Source: Myxococcota bacterium (GTDB lineage Bacteria; Myxococcota_A; UBA796; CAJQPC01). From it: 64,000 bases of DNA. The number at the start of each line of letters is the position of its first letter. The first letter of the stretch is position 1. Below are positions 30,726 through 39,825 of this stretch, in pieces. A program made the position numbers and the translations under genes. The stretch lies in NCBI GenBank assembly GCA_036012755.1, contig DASCPX010000129.1, forward strand, positions 103,010 to 167,009. The letters run 5' to 3'. The notes beneath the pieces are model-generated. The model made no database searches. It worked only from the letters and a program-made list of their open reading frames with translations, and was not told the origin of the DNA.

Positions 30726-30770
30726 ACTCTCTACGTATGCAGGATCGGGCCCTGCGGATACCCTCGCGGT

Positions 30771-31436
30771 GTGCTGTTGCTGTTTGCCTGCTCCGAGATC
30801 ACCCCGATCGAGAGCGACGAGGACTTCACGAATCGCCTTCGCGACGAGGTCGCATCGCGCCTCACCGGGCACACGGTCGAACTCAGCGCCGAGCTCCAAC
30901 TGAGCGTCACCGCACCCGACGGCTTCGAGCAGGAGCTCCACCTGGACTCTGTCCGAGCGGACTGCCTGAAGAGCCCTGATGGCTGCAAGCAGGCAGTGAT
31001 CGCCTATGTCGATCGACAGGGGCGGATGGCCGAGGCCCGCTCCGAGCCCCTCCGCTTCGCGCTCTTGCGACCGATGCTCTTCAACGGCGGCGTCGCCCGC
31101 GCTCTCGAGCTGGAGCATCGCCCCTTCGTCGAGGACCTCGTCGTCGTGCTCGTCCTGGACAGCGACGACCGCACGCGCATCGTCGACACGACCGAGCTTG
31201 CTTCCAGAGACTCCGACTTCGACACGGCGCTTTCCTACGCCATGGCCCAGCTGGGCACGGAGCCTCGCCGAGCTGCCGATCGCATGCTGGTCGCCGAGCT
31301 GTGGACCGACGAGTGCGTGAGGCCACTGTCCCCGGATTTGCTGTTGCTCGACGGGGAGCCCGAGCCGGCCTTGGAAGCTCCGAAGCTCTCCGAGCACCGC
31401 TTCTGTTGGCGAGGATCGAGCTGGATTCGGCTATGA
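30771..31436 (+). CDS. hypothetical lipoprotein, 221 aa
   Basis: GTG 30771 gives the leader MLLLFAC. The rest is protein-like but I recognise no family. Confidence 0.5.
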   Translation: MLLLFACSEITPIESDEDFTNRLRDEVASRLTGHTVELSAELQLSVTAPDGFEQELHLDSVRADCLKSPDGCKQAVIAYVDRQGRMAEARSEPLRFALLRPMLFNGGVARALELEHRPFVEDLVVVLVLDSDDRTRIVDTTELASRDSDFDTALSYAMAQLGTEPRRAADRMLVAELWTDECVRPLSPDLLLLDGEPEPALEAPKLSEHRFCWRGSSWIRL

Positions 31437-31440
31437 ACCG

Positions 31441-32091
31441 GTGCTTCCAGACGTTCTCGTGCACATGGACGCCACGGTCGCTTCGATCCGCTTCGGTCTG
31501 GGCCCCCGCCCAGGAGAGCTCGCCGACATCGGAGACGCGCCCCGCGACTGGCTGATCCGACAGCTCGGCGCCGCTGGCGGGCCGGATGGGCCGAGCCGCA
31601 GCGAGGTGGTCCACAGGCTCGTCCGTGCCTTCCGGAAGACAGACAAGGACGCCTTCCGGGAGGAGTCCAGGGAGCGCTACCGCGAGGACGCCGAGGCGGC
31701 GGCCCGCTACGCGGTCGAGACCGCCGCGCCCTTCTTCGAGCGGTTGGTGCGTTTCTTCAGCAACCACCTGGCCGTCAGCATCGACAGGCCGGAGATCGCC
31801 GGCCTCGTCGGAAGCTACGAGCGGCACGCCATCCGGCCGAACCTCCGCGGCAGCTATGCCCGCCTGCTCATCGCCTCCGTCATGCACCCGGCGATGCTCA
31901 TCTACCTGGACAACAACGGCTCCATCGGCCCGAACAGCAAGGTCGGTCAGCGCAAGGGCAAGGGCCTCAACGAGAACCTCGCCAGGGAGATCCTGGAGCT
32001 CCACACCCTGGGAGTGGACGGAGGCTACGAGCAGGCCGATGTCGAGGGCTTCGCCCGCATCCTCACCTGCTGGTCCTGGGGCGCGATCTGA
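31441..32091 (+). CDS. DUF1800-family protein, apparently C-terminally truncated (216 aa)
   Basis: Contains the family core PAMLIYLDNN...GLNENLAREILELHTLGVDGGYEQADVEGFARILT. It stops right after the (T)GW position, where full-length members continue for ~150-200 aa. Confidence 0.65.
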   Translation: MLPDVLVHMDATVASIRFGLGPRPGELADIGDAPRDWLIRQLGAAGGPDGPSRSEVVHRLVRAFRKTDKDAFREESRERYREDAEAAARYAVETAAPFFERLVRFFSNHLAVSIDRPEIAGLVGSYERHAIRPNLRGSYARLLIASVMHPAMLIYLDNNGSIGPNSKVGQRKGKGLNENLAREILELHTLGVDGGYEQADVEGFARILTCWSWGAI

Positions 32092-32140
32092 GCCGGCGCG
32101 AGCTCGCTCTCTGGCTGGCCAGCCCGGAGTTCCAGCGCCG

Positions 32141-32743
32141 ATGAGCAGTCGTCGCCAGTTCCTCCTCGGGAGCGCATCGTTGGGGCTGCTGGGCCTCTCC
32201 GAGCCGGTCTTCGCGCGGCCGAAGGCCCGCTTCGTGCTCCTGATCCTCCGCGGTGGGCTCGATGGGCTCAGCACGCTGGTGCCCTACGGCGGCCCCCACC
32301 ACGCCCAGGCGCGTGGAGACGCTGCTGTGAGCGAGTTCTTCGACCTCGACGGTTTCTTCGGTCTGCACGAGTCCCTCGACCCGATCCGGCCCCTCTGGCG
32401 TCGCGGCGAGCTCCTGCCGGTCCACGCGGTCGGGCTGCCCTATCGGGAGCGGTCCCACTTCGACGCCCAGGATCTGTTGGAGAACGGCACGTCCAGCCCC
32501 AACGGTGCGCGGGATGGCTGGCTCGACCGGGCGCTGCGCATCACCGGGCTCAGCGGCGGGCGTGTGCTCTGCGACTGGCCGGGCCTGGACGAGCTGTACG
32601 AGGGCCGCGATCTGCGGGCCACCACGGACGTGCGCGGGCTCTTCAAGGGAGTCCTCCGAGACCACCTCGGCGTCGCAGTCTCAGATCTCGACGAGGTGGT
32701 CTTCCCGGACAGCGAAGCGGTGCGGCCGGTCACTCTGGGCTGA
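32141..32743 (+). CDS. DUF1501-family protein with Tat-type signal, apparently carrying a large internal deletion (200 aa)
   Basis: SRRQFLLGSASLGLL leader. N-terminal block ...RSHFDAQDLLENG...GWLDRAL is joined directly to the family's C-terminal block GGRVLCDWPGL...LRATTDVRGLFKGVLRDHLG. The central catalytic domain is missing. Confidence 0.6.
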   Translation: MSSRRQFLLGSASLGLLGLSEPVFARPKARFVLLILRGGLDGLSTLVPYGGPHHAQARGDAAVSEFFDLDGFFGLHESLDPIRPLWRRGELLPVHAVGLPYRERSHFDAQDLLENGTSSPNGARDGWLDRALRITGLSGGRVLCDWPGLDELYEGRDLRATTDVRGLFKGVLRDHLGVAVSDLDEVVFPDSEAVRPVTLG

Positions 32744-34370
32744 GCGCGGCCCTCGGGATGGAGTAGACGGTGGTCGTCGCCGTCCTCGCGTTGAAGGACT
32801 CCAGGGGCTCGAAGTTCGCGACGACCCAGGCGTCGAGCTCCTCGTTGGCGGCGTCGGCGACGCCGGTGACCCGGTTCTCGAGCACGTAGGGGAGGTCGCC
32901 GGAGCCGGTGCACTGCTGCCGGAGCTTGGCGAGGGACTCGGAGAGGGTCAGGTCGGGGGCCTCGGTCGTGCGAGGGCACATCTGGCGCTGGGCGTGGAAG
33001 CTGATGCCCTGGGTTCGCGTGATGATCGAGCCACCCGCGCCAAAGTGGTCCACCACGAACTCGCCGACCTCGCGGTTCTGCCAGCCCTCCTCCCAGGTGC
33101 CGGCCCCCGGACGTCGTTTCTCCAGGTGTGGCCAGGTCACGCACGCGGCGAGCAGGCAGGCCCCGAGCGCGATCCACCCCCCAGGCCAGGGCTTCCAGAA
33201 GCGCTGGATCACCAGGTCCAGCGGTGCGCACATCGAGGCGATGCCGCGACCGACGAGGAGGAAGACGAAGGGGTAGGCGTAGTAGCGGTACCGGAAGGGC
33301 GCGCGGGCGGCCTCCTGCAACACCACCGGCGCCAGGATCACCAGGAACAGGATCCCCCAGCGCCAGTCCCAGGACAGCCGGCGATGGCGGTCCTGCGGTG
33401 GCAGTCCGATACCGAGCACGCCGAGCCAGAAGGCGACCAGCACCAGGCCCCAGGGCAGCCCTGCGTCCCGCACGAGCGCCAGACCTCGCTGGATCGCCAT
33501 TGTCGGGGCGTCGCCCATGCGTTCGGTGACGAACTCGACGGCGGTTGTGAAGCCAGAGCCGGAGCCCGACTGGGCACCCAGGACCCCCTCGCTGTAGACA
33601 TGGGTGACCTGGTCCATCGAGAAGTTCGGGTATGGCTCCATGAACCAGCGGAAGGTGAGGAAGCCAGCGCCGAGCAGGATCAGGGGGCCCAGGAGCCGCC
33701 GGCGCCAACTTCCCTGGTGCAACAGCAGCACCAGCGCGCATGGCAGCGGGAACAACAGGCCCATGTAGTGGGTGGCGGTCGCCGTCCCCGCGGCGACGCC
33801 GGCGAGCACGATGGCGATCGCGGGTCCCCGGGTCCCCCAGATCGTGAAGGCAATGAGCAAGGCCACCGAGAGGCTGAAGACCGGATCGACGCCATAGAGC
33901 TGTTGGCTCAGGAGCAGGTCCGGGCTGGTGGCGACGAAGAAGGCGGCCAACAGGGCTGGTCCCCGCCCGCTGGTCATGCGCCCGATCCAGTAGATGACGA
34001 GCGCTGTGAGGTAGCCGGCAAAGTGGTTGGCGAGGTGGCCTCCGAAGACCACGTCGTCGGTCCACAGAGCCATCCCTGCGGTCGCCCAGCCGTAGACCGG
34101 CAGGCGGTGGAGGTCCAGGTAGCCGCCCTCCATCAGGGCTCGGGCGTTCGCGGCCCAGTTCCCGGCGTCCGGTCCGAAGAGCACGAAGTCACTGGCGGTG
34201 CCGTAGTCCCACCACCACTCCGGCACGTCGAGCTCCGGTACATGGTCCGGCTGTCCGCGCCTCCACGCCGAGGCGCGCATGTACGTGACGAACCAGATGG
34301 CGCCTGCGTCTGCGAGGATCGCGACCAGGACGCGCAGGATGGGCCACAGGCGCTTCAGCGGAGCCTCCAC
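32730..34370 (-). CDS. polytopic membrane protein, probable GT-C-fold glycosyltransferase with C-terminal periplasmic domain
   Basis: At least 9 predicted TM helices followed by a ~130-aa soluble tail. GTG 34370 overlaps the upstream gene by 16 nt. The N-terminal part of track ORF 32730..35807 is junk. Confidence 0.45.
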   Translation of the reverse strand: MEAPLKRLWPILRVLVAILADAGAIWFVTYMRASAWRRGQPDHVPELDVPEWWWDYGTASDFVLFGPDAGNWAANARALMEGGYLDLHRLPVYGWATAGMALWTDDVVFGGHLANHFAGYLTALVIYWIGRMTSGRGPALLAAFFVATSPDLLLSQQLYGVDPVFSLSVALLIAFTIWGTRGPAIAIVLAGVAAGTATATHYMGLLFPLPCALVLLLHQGSWRRRLLGPLILLGAGFLTFRWFMEPYPNFSMDQVTHVYSEGVLGAQSGSGSGFTTAVEFVTERMGDAPTMAIQRGLALVRDAGLPWGLVLVAFWLGVLGIGLPPQDRHRRLSWDWRWGILFLVILAPVVLQEAARAPFRYRYYAYPFVFLLVGRGIASMCAPLDLVIQRFWKPWPGGWIALGACLLAACVTWPHLEKRRPGAGTWEEGWQNREVGEFVVDHFGAGGSIITRTQGISFHAQRQMCPRTTEAPDLTLSESLAKLRQQCTGSGDLPYVLENRVTGVADAANEELDAWVVANFEPLESFNARTATTTVYSIPRAALSPE

Positions 34371-36118
34371 ACGCCGTAGCGTCCAGACTCGAAGAGCAGC
34401 ACGCCGTCCTCGAGCAGCAGCTCCGCGAGCTGCTCCTCTGGAGCTCGGAACTGCTCCTCGAAGGTGGCCTCCGACAGGAAGGGGTAGGACTTGTGGATGA
34501 AGTTCACGCGGCCAGCCAGCACATGAGTGACGCCCTCTCGACGTAGCCAGTCGAGCGTGTCGTCGCCGTGGACGTAGATCAGGTGCCGCGTCGGGACGTG
34601 GTCCTCGACGCTGGAGAGCACGTAGGGGCGGTCGAGGTAGTAGTCGGGCCAGGCGAACAGGACGGCGAGCCGCGCATCCTCTGGGAGGTGCTCGCTGGCG
34701 AAGCGCGCTGCGTCGTGGCCGGGCACCCGGGCCTCGAGATCCACCTCGCCGACGGGGACCTGCTCGAGCCAGGGTCCGAGGTTCGAGGGCAGCCCGGCGA
34801 GCCAGGCGGCGCCGATCCCAGCGAGCCCCCAGCGCGGCAGCGCCGAGGCGCCGATCCCAGCGACGATGGCGAGGATCGGCAGGGTCGGCAGCAGGTAGCG
34901 CAGCCAGTGCGGACCGGCAGCCCAGCCGACGCAGCCCACCAGCGCGACGGCTGCGACTGCCAGGAGGTCCCCGCGCTTCCTGATCACCACGACCAGCGCC
35001 AGGATCGCGCCGAGCAGGAACAGGGGTGAGATGCGGCCGAGGAACACGTAGGTCGTCGTCTCCGCGTGCACCGTGGCGTTCCAGGGCAACAGGAGCAGAT
35101 CGATGGCCTCTCTGCCGAGGCCGTAGCGCTCGACGAAGACGAACTCGAAGCGCTCGGATGTCCAGCCCTCGAAGGGGAAGAGCGGGTGGAGGCCCTCCAG
35201 CGCGTTGCGCAGCCACCACGGGACCAGCGAGGACAGGGCCGCGCCGCCGGTCGCCAGGGTGCTCTTCGTCTCGCGCGTTCGAACGAGGTGGACCAACCAG
35301 ATGCCGGCGAGCACCGGCGCCGCCGTGTACTTCAGCGAGATGGCGACGGCCCCGAACAGCGCCATGCGCCAGTGTCTCCCCTGGAGCGCCGCGTCGAGAC
35401 ACAACAGGCACGCCAGCGCCATGGGCAGGTTGTTGTAGGCGAGGCCAAGCTCGCGGACGAAGGTGTAGCTCCCAGCCAGGGCCAACACGGCGATGACCCC
35501 CGCAGCGGGACCGGCGAGGCGCCGCGCGAGGGCCTCTGTGCGGAGCAGCAGCAACAGGCCGATGCAGAGATGGAGGAGCTTGGCGGCGGTGGCTCCGCCA
35601 ACGGCCATCGCCGCCGCGTAGACCAGGTGCAGGGGCAAGGGCCTCGCGGCGTTCGGGCGGAGCTCTCCGGTGGGCAGGGAGCCCTCGGACAAGAGCTGCT
35701 TGGGCAGCGCGAGGTGCTGGTAGACCTCGTCGGTGTCGGTCGGCTCGCCGAGGGCGACGAGGCCGGCGACGATGGCCAGCGGGAGCAGGAGCGCGAGCAC
35801 CCCCCACGGCGCCGCGGGCAGACGCACCACCGGGCGCCGCAGCCAGCCAGCCGTGGCGAGGAGCAGGGCGCCGCCGAAGAGGATGGGCTGGGCGACGCCG
35901 AAGGTCAGTGGCAGGAGCAGGACTCCCAGGAGCCCGAGACCGGCCATCAGCGCTTCATCGATCTCGGCGTCCCCGAGCAGCGCCGCGCCGAGGCCGGTAC
36001 AACCGATGCCCGCCACCAACAGCCCGGCGAGCCCCCTGAGCGCTGGAGGGGGGCCGACCACGGCGAACGCCAGGAGCAGGATCCCCGCGGCGAGCAGGTG
36101 CGGGAGGAGGCGCCTCAC
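34355..36118 (-). CDS. ArnT/PMT-like (GT-C fold, GT39/83-type) membrane glycosyltransferase
   Basis: 587 aa with more than 10 TM helices. The first-loop acidic motif GEPTDTDEVYQHLALP resembles the DE-x-Y loop of ArnT/PMT enzymes. C-terminal soluble domain. Confidence 0.55.
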   Translation of the reverse strand: MRRLLPHLLAAGILLLAFAVVGPPPALRGLAGLLVAGIGCTGLGAALLGDAEIDEALMAGLGLLGVLLLPLTFGVAQPILFGGALLLATAGWLRRPVVRLPAAPWGVLALLLPLAIVAGLVALGEPTDTDEVYQHLALPKQLLSEGSLPTGELRPNAARPLPLHLVYAAAMAVGGATAAKLLHLCIGLLLLLRTEALARRLAGPAAGVIAVLALAGSYTFVRELGLAYNNLPMALACLLCLDAALQGRHWRMALFGAVAISLKYTAAPVLAGIWLVHLVRTRETKSTLATGGAALSSLVPWWLRNALEGLHPLFPFEGWTSERFEFVFVERYGLGREAIDLLLLPWNATVHAETTTYVFLGRISPLFLLGAILALVVVIRKRGDLLAVAAVALVGCVGWAAGPHWLRYLLPTLPILAIVAGIGASALPRWGLAGIGAAWLAGLPSNLGPWLEQVPVGEVDLEARVPGHDAARFASEHLPEDARLAVLFAWPDYYLDRPYVLSSVEDHVPTRHLIYVHGDDTLDWLRREGVTHVLAGRVNFIHKSYPFLSEATFEEQFRAPEEQLAELLLEDGVLLFESGRYGVWRLR

Positions 36119-36127
36119 CGGCGCAGG

Positions 36128-36967
36128 TTACTCCGAGGCCGGATCCGGAGCGGCCACCGGCAGGCGGACGAGCCGGGTCTGGCCATTCTCTCGGTAGAGC
36201 AGCCACCCCTCGCTGCGCGATGGCCCGCGTTGGTGTCCGGGCCCATCGACACCGAAGCCGTCCGAGCAGGCGATGTCGACGTCCTCGCCATTCCAGCTCT
36301 CCCAGCAAGCCACGTCCCCGTCGAGGCTGAGCCCACGCGCCGTGTGGGCGTCCGTCCACGTGCACTGCTTCATGGCGCCGACGCGCTGCAGGCAGACGCG
36401 CTCATCGTCGAGCCAGGCGATGGTGGGTCCGTCCGCCGACACGTGGCGGCCCTCGGCCCACTGCACGGCGGCGCCGTCCTCTGGGGCCATCATCACGACC
36501 TCGTCCTCGACCCAGGCCACGAAGCCGTCGCCGATCGCGGGGGCTCGCCACGGCGTCGGGGCTGCCTCGATCGACTCTCGGGTGTTCCCGTCGAGGATCT
36601 CGATGGACACGGGGGTGGTGACGACCGCCCGCTGGCCGTCCGTCGAGAAGGGCCCGATGGCTTCCACCGGGCTGGGCTTGTCGGTGGGTGTGCCGCTCGG
36701 CAGGTGCCACCAGCCCGCGGCTCCGATGAGCACGCCGTCGGCCAGGCCCGGGGAGTCCACGGCTCGCTCGAGCTCGACCTGCTGTCCCGTCTCGAGGTTC
36801 ACCGCTCGGTTGACCGGGCCGCCGAAGCAGCCGACCGCCCAGTCTCCGGCCAGCGCGGGATAGCGAGCGTCACGACAGGTACCCCCCAGCCACGGCAAGG
36901 AGGTCCTCTCCGTCGCCAGGGCGGGGGACAACGACAGGAGGGCGAGGATTACTCCTCTTCCTCGCAG
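36128..36967 (-). CDS. secreted hypothetical protein (beta-rich); non-canonical start likely
   Basis: Signal-like (RGRG)VILALLSLSPALA-TE. No ATG, GTG or TTG precedes it after the upstream stop. Candidates are CTG 36967, ATC 36949 and TTG 36931 (the last would delete the signal). Confidence 0.5.
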   Translation of the reverse strand: MRGRGVILALLSLSPALATERTSLPWLGGTCRDARYPALAGDWAVGCFGGPVNRAVNLETGQQVELERAVDSPGLADGVLIGAAGWWHLPSGTPTDKPSPVEAIGPFSTDGQRAVVTTPVSIEILDGNTRESIEAAPTPWRAPAIGDGFVAWVEDEVVMMAPEDGAAVQWAEGRHVSADGPTIAWLDDERVCLQRVGAMKQCTWTDAHTARGLSLDGDVACWESWNGEDVDIACSDGFGVDGPGHQRGPSRSEGWLLYRENGQTRLVRLPVAAPDPASE

Positions 36968-38340
36968 TAGGCGCCTGTGTCCTCGCTGACGCCGCAGCAG
37001 GTCACGGTGATGATGGCCGTGGCCTCTGTGGACTCGCCCGTGCAGTCCGAGACGGTCAGCTTGAGCTCGTACTCGTTGCTGTCGCAGACCCCGGGCTCGG
37101 TGGCCTCTGCGTCCTCGAGCTTGAGGAAGGTCACGAGCGAGGTGTCGTCCGTGAAGGTGCCGTTGCCGGTGACCAGCTCCCACTGGTAGGTCAGCGGGTC
37201 GCTGTCGGCGTCGGTGACCGTCACGTCGGTCCCGATCTCGAGCGTCTGGTCCGTGCAGTCGTCGCAGTTGAAGACGTAGCCGCTCGGCGAGCAGCACGAG
37301 AGCCCCGCGTCGATGGTGTCGGGCGTCGGGAAGTTCACGACTGGGAGCGCGTTGGAGAGGCGCTCCTCGAGGACGAGGGTGATGAGGTCCGGGATCGACC
37401 AGTTGTTTCCGTCGGAGACCGTCAGCGACAGCACGTAGGTGCCCGCCACGTCCCCGTAGAAGGTCGCGTCCCCATCGGTCCGGGCGGAGAAGTTCGCGTT
37501 GGTCGCGGCGCTCTCCGCCGGCTTGTTCTGGAGCTCCCAGAAGAACGACAGCTCGTCGTCGTCCGGATCGACCGAGCCGGAGCCGTCCAGCGCCACGTGC
37601 GTGCAGTCGTAGGAGGTGATGTCCTCGCCCGCGCTGGCGGTCGGTGCACCGTCTTCTCCGGTGACGGTCACGACCGTCGAGTCGGCGAGTCCGCAGCTGT
37701 AGTCGTTGCAGACCAGGAGGTTGAAGACGAAGACGCCCCGCTCGTCGGGGGTGAAGCTGGCGGTCTCCGCTGTGGCGTCGGTGATGTCTGCGTCGGTGAG
37801 GGCCGACTTGTCGGGCCACTGCTCCAGCGACCAGCCGTAGGTCAGGCCCTTGCCCAGCGGGTCGTAGGAGGCTGATCCGTCCAGCGTGAGGGTGGTGTCG
37901 ACCTCTGTGGTCTGGTCAGCACCCGCGTCGGCGACCGGGAGATCCTCCGGCAGCATGGCCTCGACGACTGCGAAGTCGGTGGCGGACCAGAGCTTGGAGT
38001 CGTTGACGGACAGGGCGACGACGTAGGTGCCGACCTTGTCCGGGCTGAAGCAGACCGTCACCGCCGTGGGGCTGTTGTTCGGCGCGAAGCTGTCCTCGTT
38101 CACCGCGGAGCCCTCCGGCACCCACTCGAAGGTCCACTTGTAGGACAGGGCGTCCCCGTCCGGATCGTGGCTCTTGGAGCCGTCCAGGCAGACCTGTTGG
38201 TCGGCGTAGAGGGCCTGATCCTCGCCAGCGTCGGCGGTCGGGGCGTCGTTGGTCTCGACGATGCCGCTGTCAGGGTTGTCCTTGTTGCAGGCGACGAGCA
38301 TGAGCCCAGCCGCGAGCGCCATCGGGATGGTGGTGCGCAT
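36949..38340 (-). CDS. PKD-repeat lipoprotein, Cys-rich, 463 aa
   Basis: Leader MRTTIPMALAAGLMLVAC with SD AGGAGA. Four repeats each open with P(T/V)A(D/S)AG(E/A)DQ and contain LDGS(G/K)S.DPDGD.L.Y.W, typical of PKD domains. Acidic CC-rich C-terminus. Confidence 0.8.
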   Translation of the reverse strand: MRTTIPMALAAGLMLVACNKDNPDSGIVETNDAPTADAGEDQALYADQQVCLDGSKSHDPDGDALSYKWTFEWVPEGSAVNEDSFAPNNSPTAVTVCFSPDKVGTYVVALSVNDSKLWSATDFAVVEAMLPEDLPVADAGADQTTEVDTTLTLDGSASYDPLGKGLTYGWSLEQWPDKSALTDADITDATAETASFTPDERGVFVFNLLVCNDYSCGLADSTVVTVTGEDGAPTASAGEDITSYDCTHVALDGSGSVDPDDDELSFFWELQNKPAESAATNANFSARTDGDATFYGDVAGTYVLSLTVSDGNNWSIPDLITLVLEERLSNALPVVNFPTPDTIDAGLSCCSPSGYVFNCDDCTDQTLEIGTDVTVTDADSDPLTYQWELVTGNGTFTDDTSLVTFLKLEDAEATEPGVCDSNEYELKLTVSDCTGESTEATAIITVTCCGVSEDTGAYCEEEE

Positions 38341-38348
38341 GGGGTCTC

Positions 38349-39755
38349 CTATTTGCCTTCGCCAGTGCATGTGATGGTCAGCCGTACGGTGTCTGTGTCG
38401 CTGGCGTTGCAGTCGGCCACGAGGAGCTCCAGGTCGTACTCGTAGGTCGCTCCGCTGTTGTAGACACCCGGCAGCGGCGGGGTCTGGACCGTGGTGGCGG
38501 CGGTGTACTCGGAGTCGATCGTCATCTCGCCGGTGGCCTCGGTCCAGCGGTAGGACAGCTGGTCGCCGTCTGGATCGAGTGAACCCGAGCCGTCCAGGTC
38601 GAACTCGAAGGAGGGGCAGTCCTCGCAGTTCCAGCCGCTGTAGCTGAGGCGCTCGCAGTCCGTGGTCGACGAGACGCTGTCCGCGGCGCCCGCGTTGGCG
38701 ATGGGCGGCTCGTTCTCCGTGATGTCCGAGGTGGTCATCGTGACGACGTCGGGGGCCGACCACTGCGAGCCGTCGAAGACCTGCAGCTGGAAGGTGTAGT
38801 CCCCCGGGACATCCCAGGTGAAGGTCGCGTTGGGCAGGGTCGCGTCGTCGAAGTTCGCGTCCGTCGCGGTGGACTCGGCAGGGGCGGTGACCAGCGACCA
38901 CTGGTAGGTCAGCTCAGCTCCGTCGGGGTCCCAGGAGCCGTAGCCGTTGAGCGTCAGCTCGTTTCCGTCGCAGGGCGGCGCCTCGTCGGCGTCACCGGCG
39001 TCCGCGATGGGGGCGGCGTCGCCTTCGCTGCAGCTCACCGAGGCGTAGTCCGGCTCGGACCACTGGAAGCCATCGGAGACGACCAGGGAGACGACGAAGA
39101 CGCCTTCGCAGTCGCAGATGAGCGACGGTGTCGCCGTGCCCTGGTTGTAGAGGTCATCGCTCTCGAGCTCCGAGCAGTCGGGCGAGGACGACAGCGCCCA
39201 GTCGAACTCGATCTCCTCGCCCTCTGGATCCGAGGAGCCGGAGCCGTCGAGGGTCACCCGGGTGTCGACCGAGGTGTCGTGATCCGGGCCCGCGTCGGCG
39301 ATCGGTCTGGCGTCGCCGGGTGCGACGTCGATGATGACGATGTCCGGCTCGGAGCTCTCGAGGTCGTCGCTGACGACCAGCGCGAGCACGTAGGTGCCTG
39401 CGACATCCGGGACGAAGCTGGTCGCGACCGCTGTCGCCCCGTTGTTGTCGGTGAGCGCGACTTCGTCCACGATCGAGGCGGTCGGGACGGACTCGAAGCT
39501 CCAGGCGTAGGCCGGAACGAACTTGTCCTGGGCGCAGCCTTCCGGGTAGCCGCTGGGGCCAAGCCCGTTCTCTTCGTCGATCTGGTCGCCCGAGAGCTCC
39601 GCCGTGACGCCGAGAGAAAGTGACTGGTCGGCGCCGGCGTATGCCACCGGCGCGCAGTAGGGATCGCCCGTGTCCACGTCCTTGTCGCAGCCCGCTGACA
39701 ACAGCAGCGAGGCACCGATCAAGCCGAGGAGGGGCTTTCTGGTCTGGTCGAGCAT
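38349..39755 (-). CDS. PKD-repeat lipoprotein, Cys-rich, 468 aa (paralog of the downstream gene)
   Basis: Leader MLDQTRKPLLGLIGASLLLSAGC. Repeats PIADAGPDH...LDGSGSSDPEGEEIEFDW, PIADAGDAD..., PIANAGAAD...LDGSGSLDPDGDQLSYRW. Confidence 0.8.
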   Translation of the reverse strand: MLDQTRKPLLGLIGASLLLSAGCDKDVDTGDPYCAPVAYAGADQSLSLGVTAELSGDQIDEENGLGPSGYPEGCAQDKFVPAYAWSFESVPTASIVDEVALTDNNGATAVATSFVPDVAGTYVLALVVSDDLESSEPDIVIIDVAPGDARPIADAGPDHDTSVDTRVTLDGSGSSDPEGEEIEFDWALSSSPDCSELESDDLYNQGTATPSLICDCEGVFVVSLVVSDGFQWSEPDYASVSCSEGDAAPIADAGDADEAPPCDGNELTLNGYGSWDPDGAELTYQWSLVTAPAESTATDANFDDATLPNATFTWDVPGDYTFQLQVFDGSQWSAPDVVTMTTSDITENEPPIANAGAADSVSSTTDCERLSYSGWNCEDCPSFEFDLDGSGSLDPDGDQLSYRWTEATGEMTIDSEYTAATTVQTPPLPGVYNSGATYEYDLELLVADCNASDTDTVRLTITCTGEGK

Positions 39756-39789
39756 GGGGGTGCTCCAAAAAGCTGGTCGTGGGCGCGCC

Positions 39790-39813
39790 GGACCCCTTGC
39801 AAAAAAGGGGTCC
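39790..39813 (-). promoter_or_regulatory. perfect 9-bp stem / 6-nt loop hairpin in the PKD-operon upstream region
   Basis: GGACCCCTT-GCAAAA-AAGGGGTCC, 35 nt upstream of ATG 39755. It sits in a locally AT-richer 104-nt divergent intergenic region. Confidence 0.5.
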
Positions 39814-39825
39814 TCGGGCTGCGCT

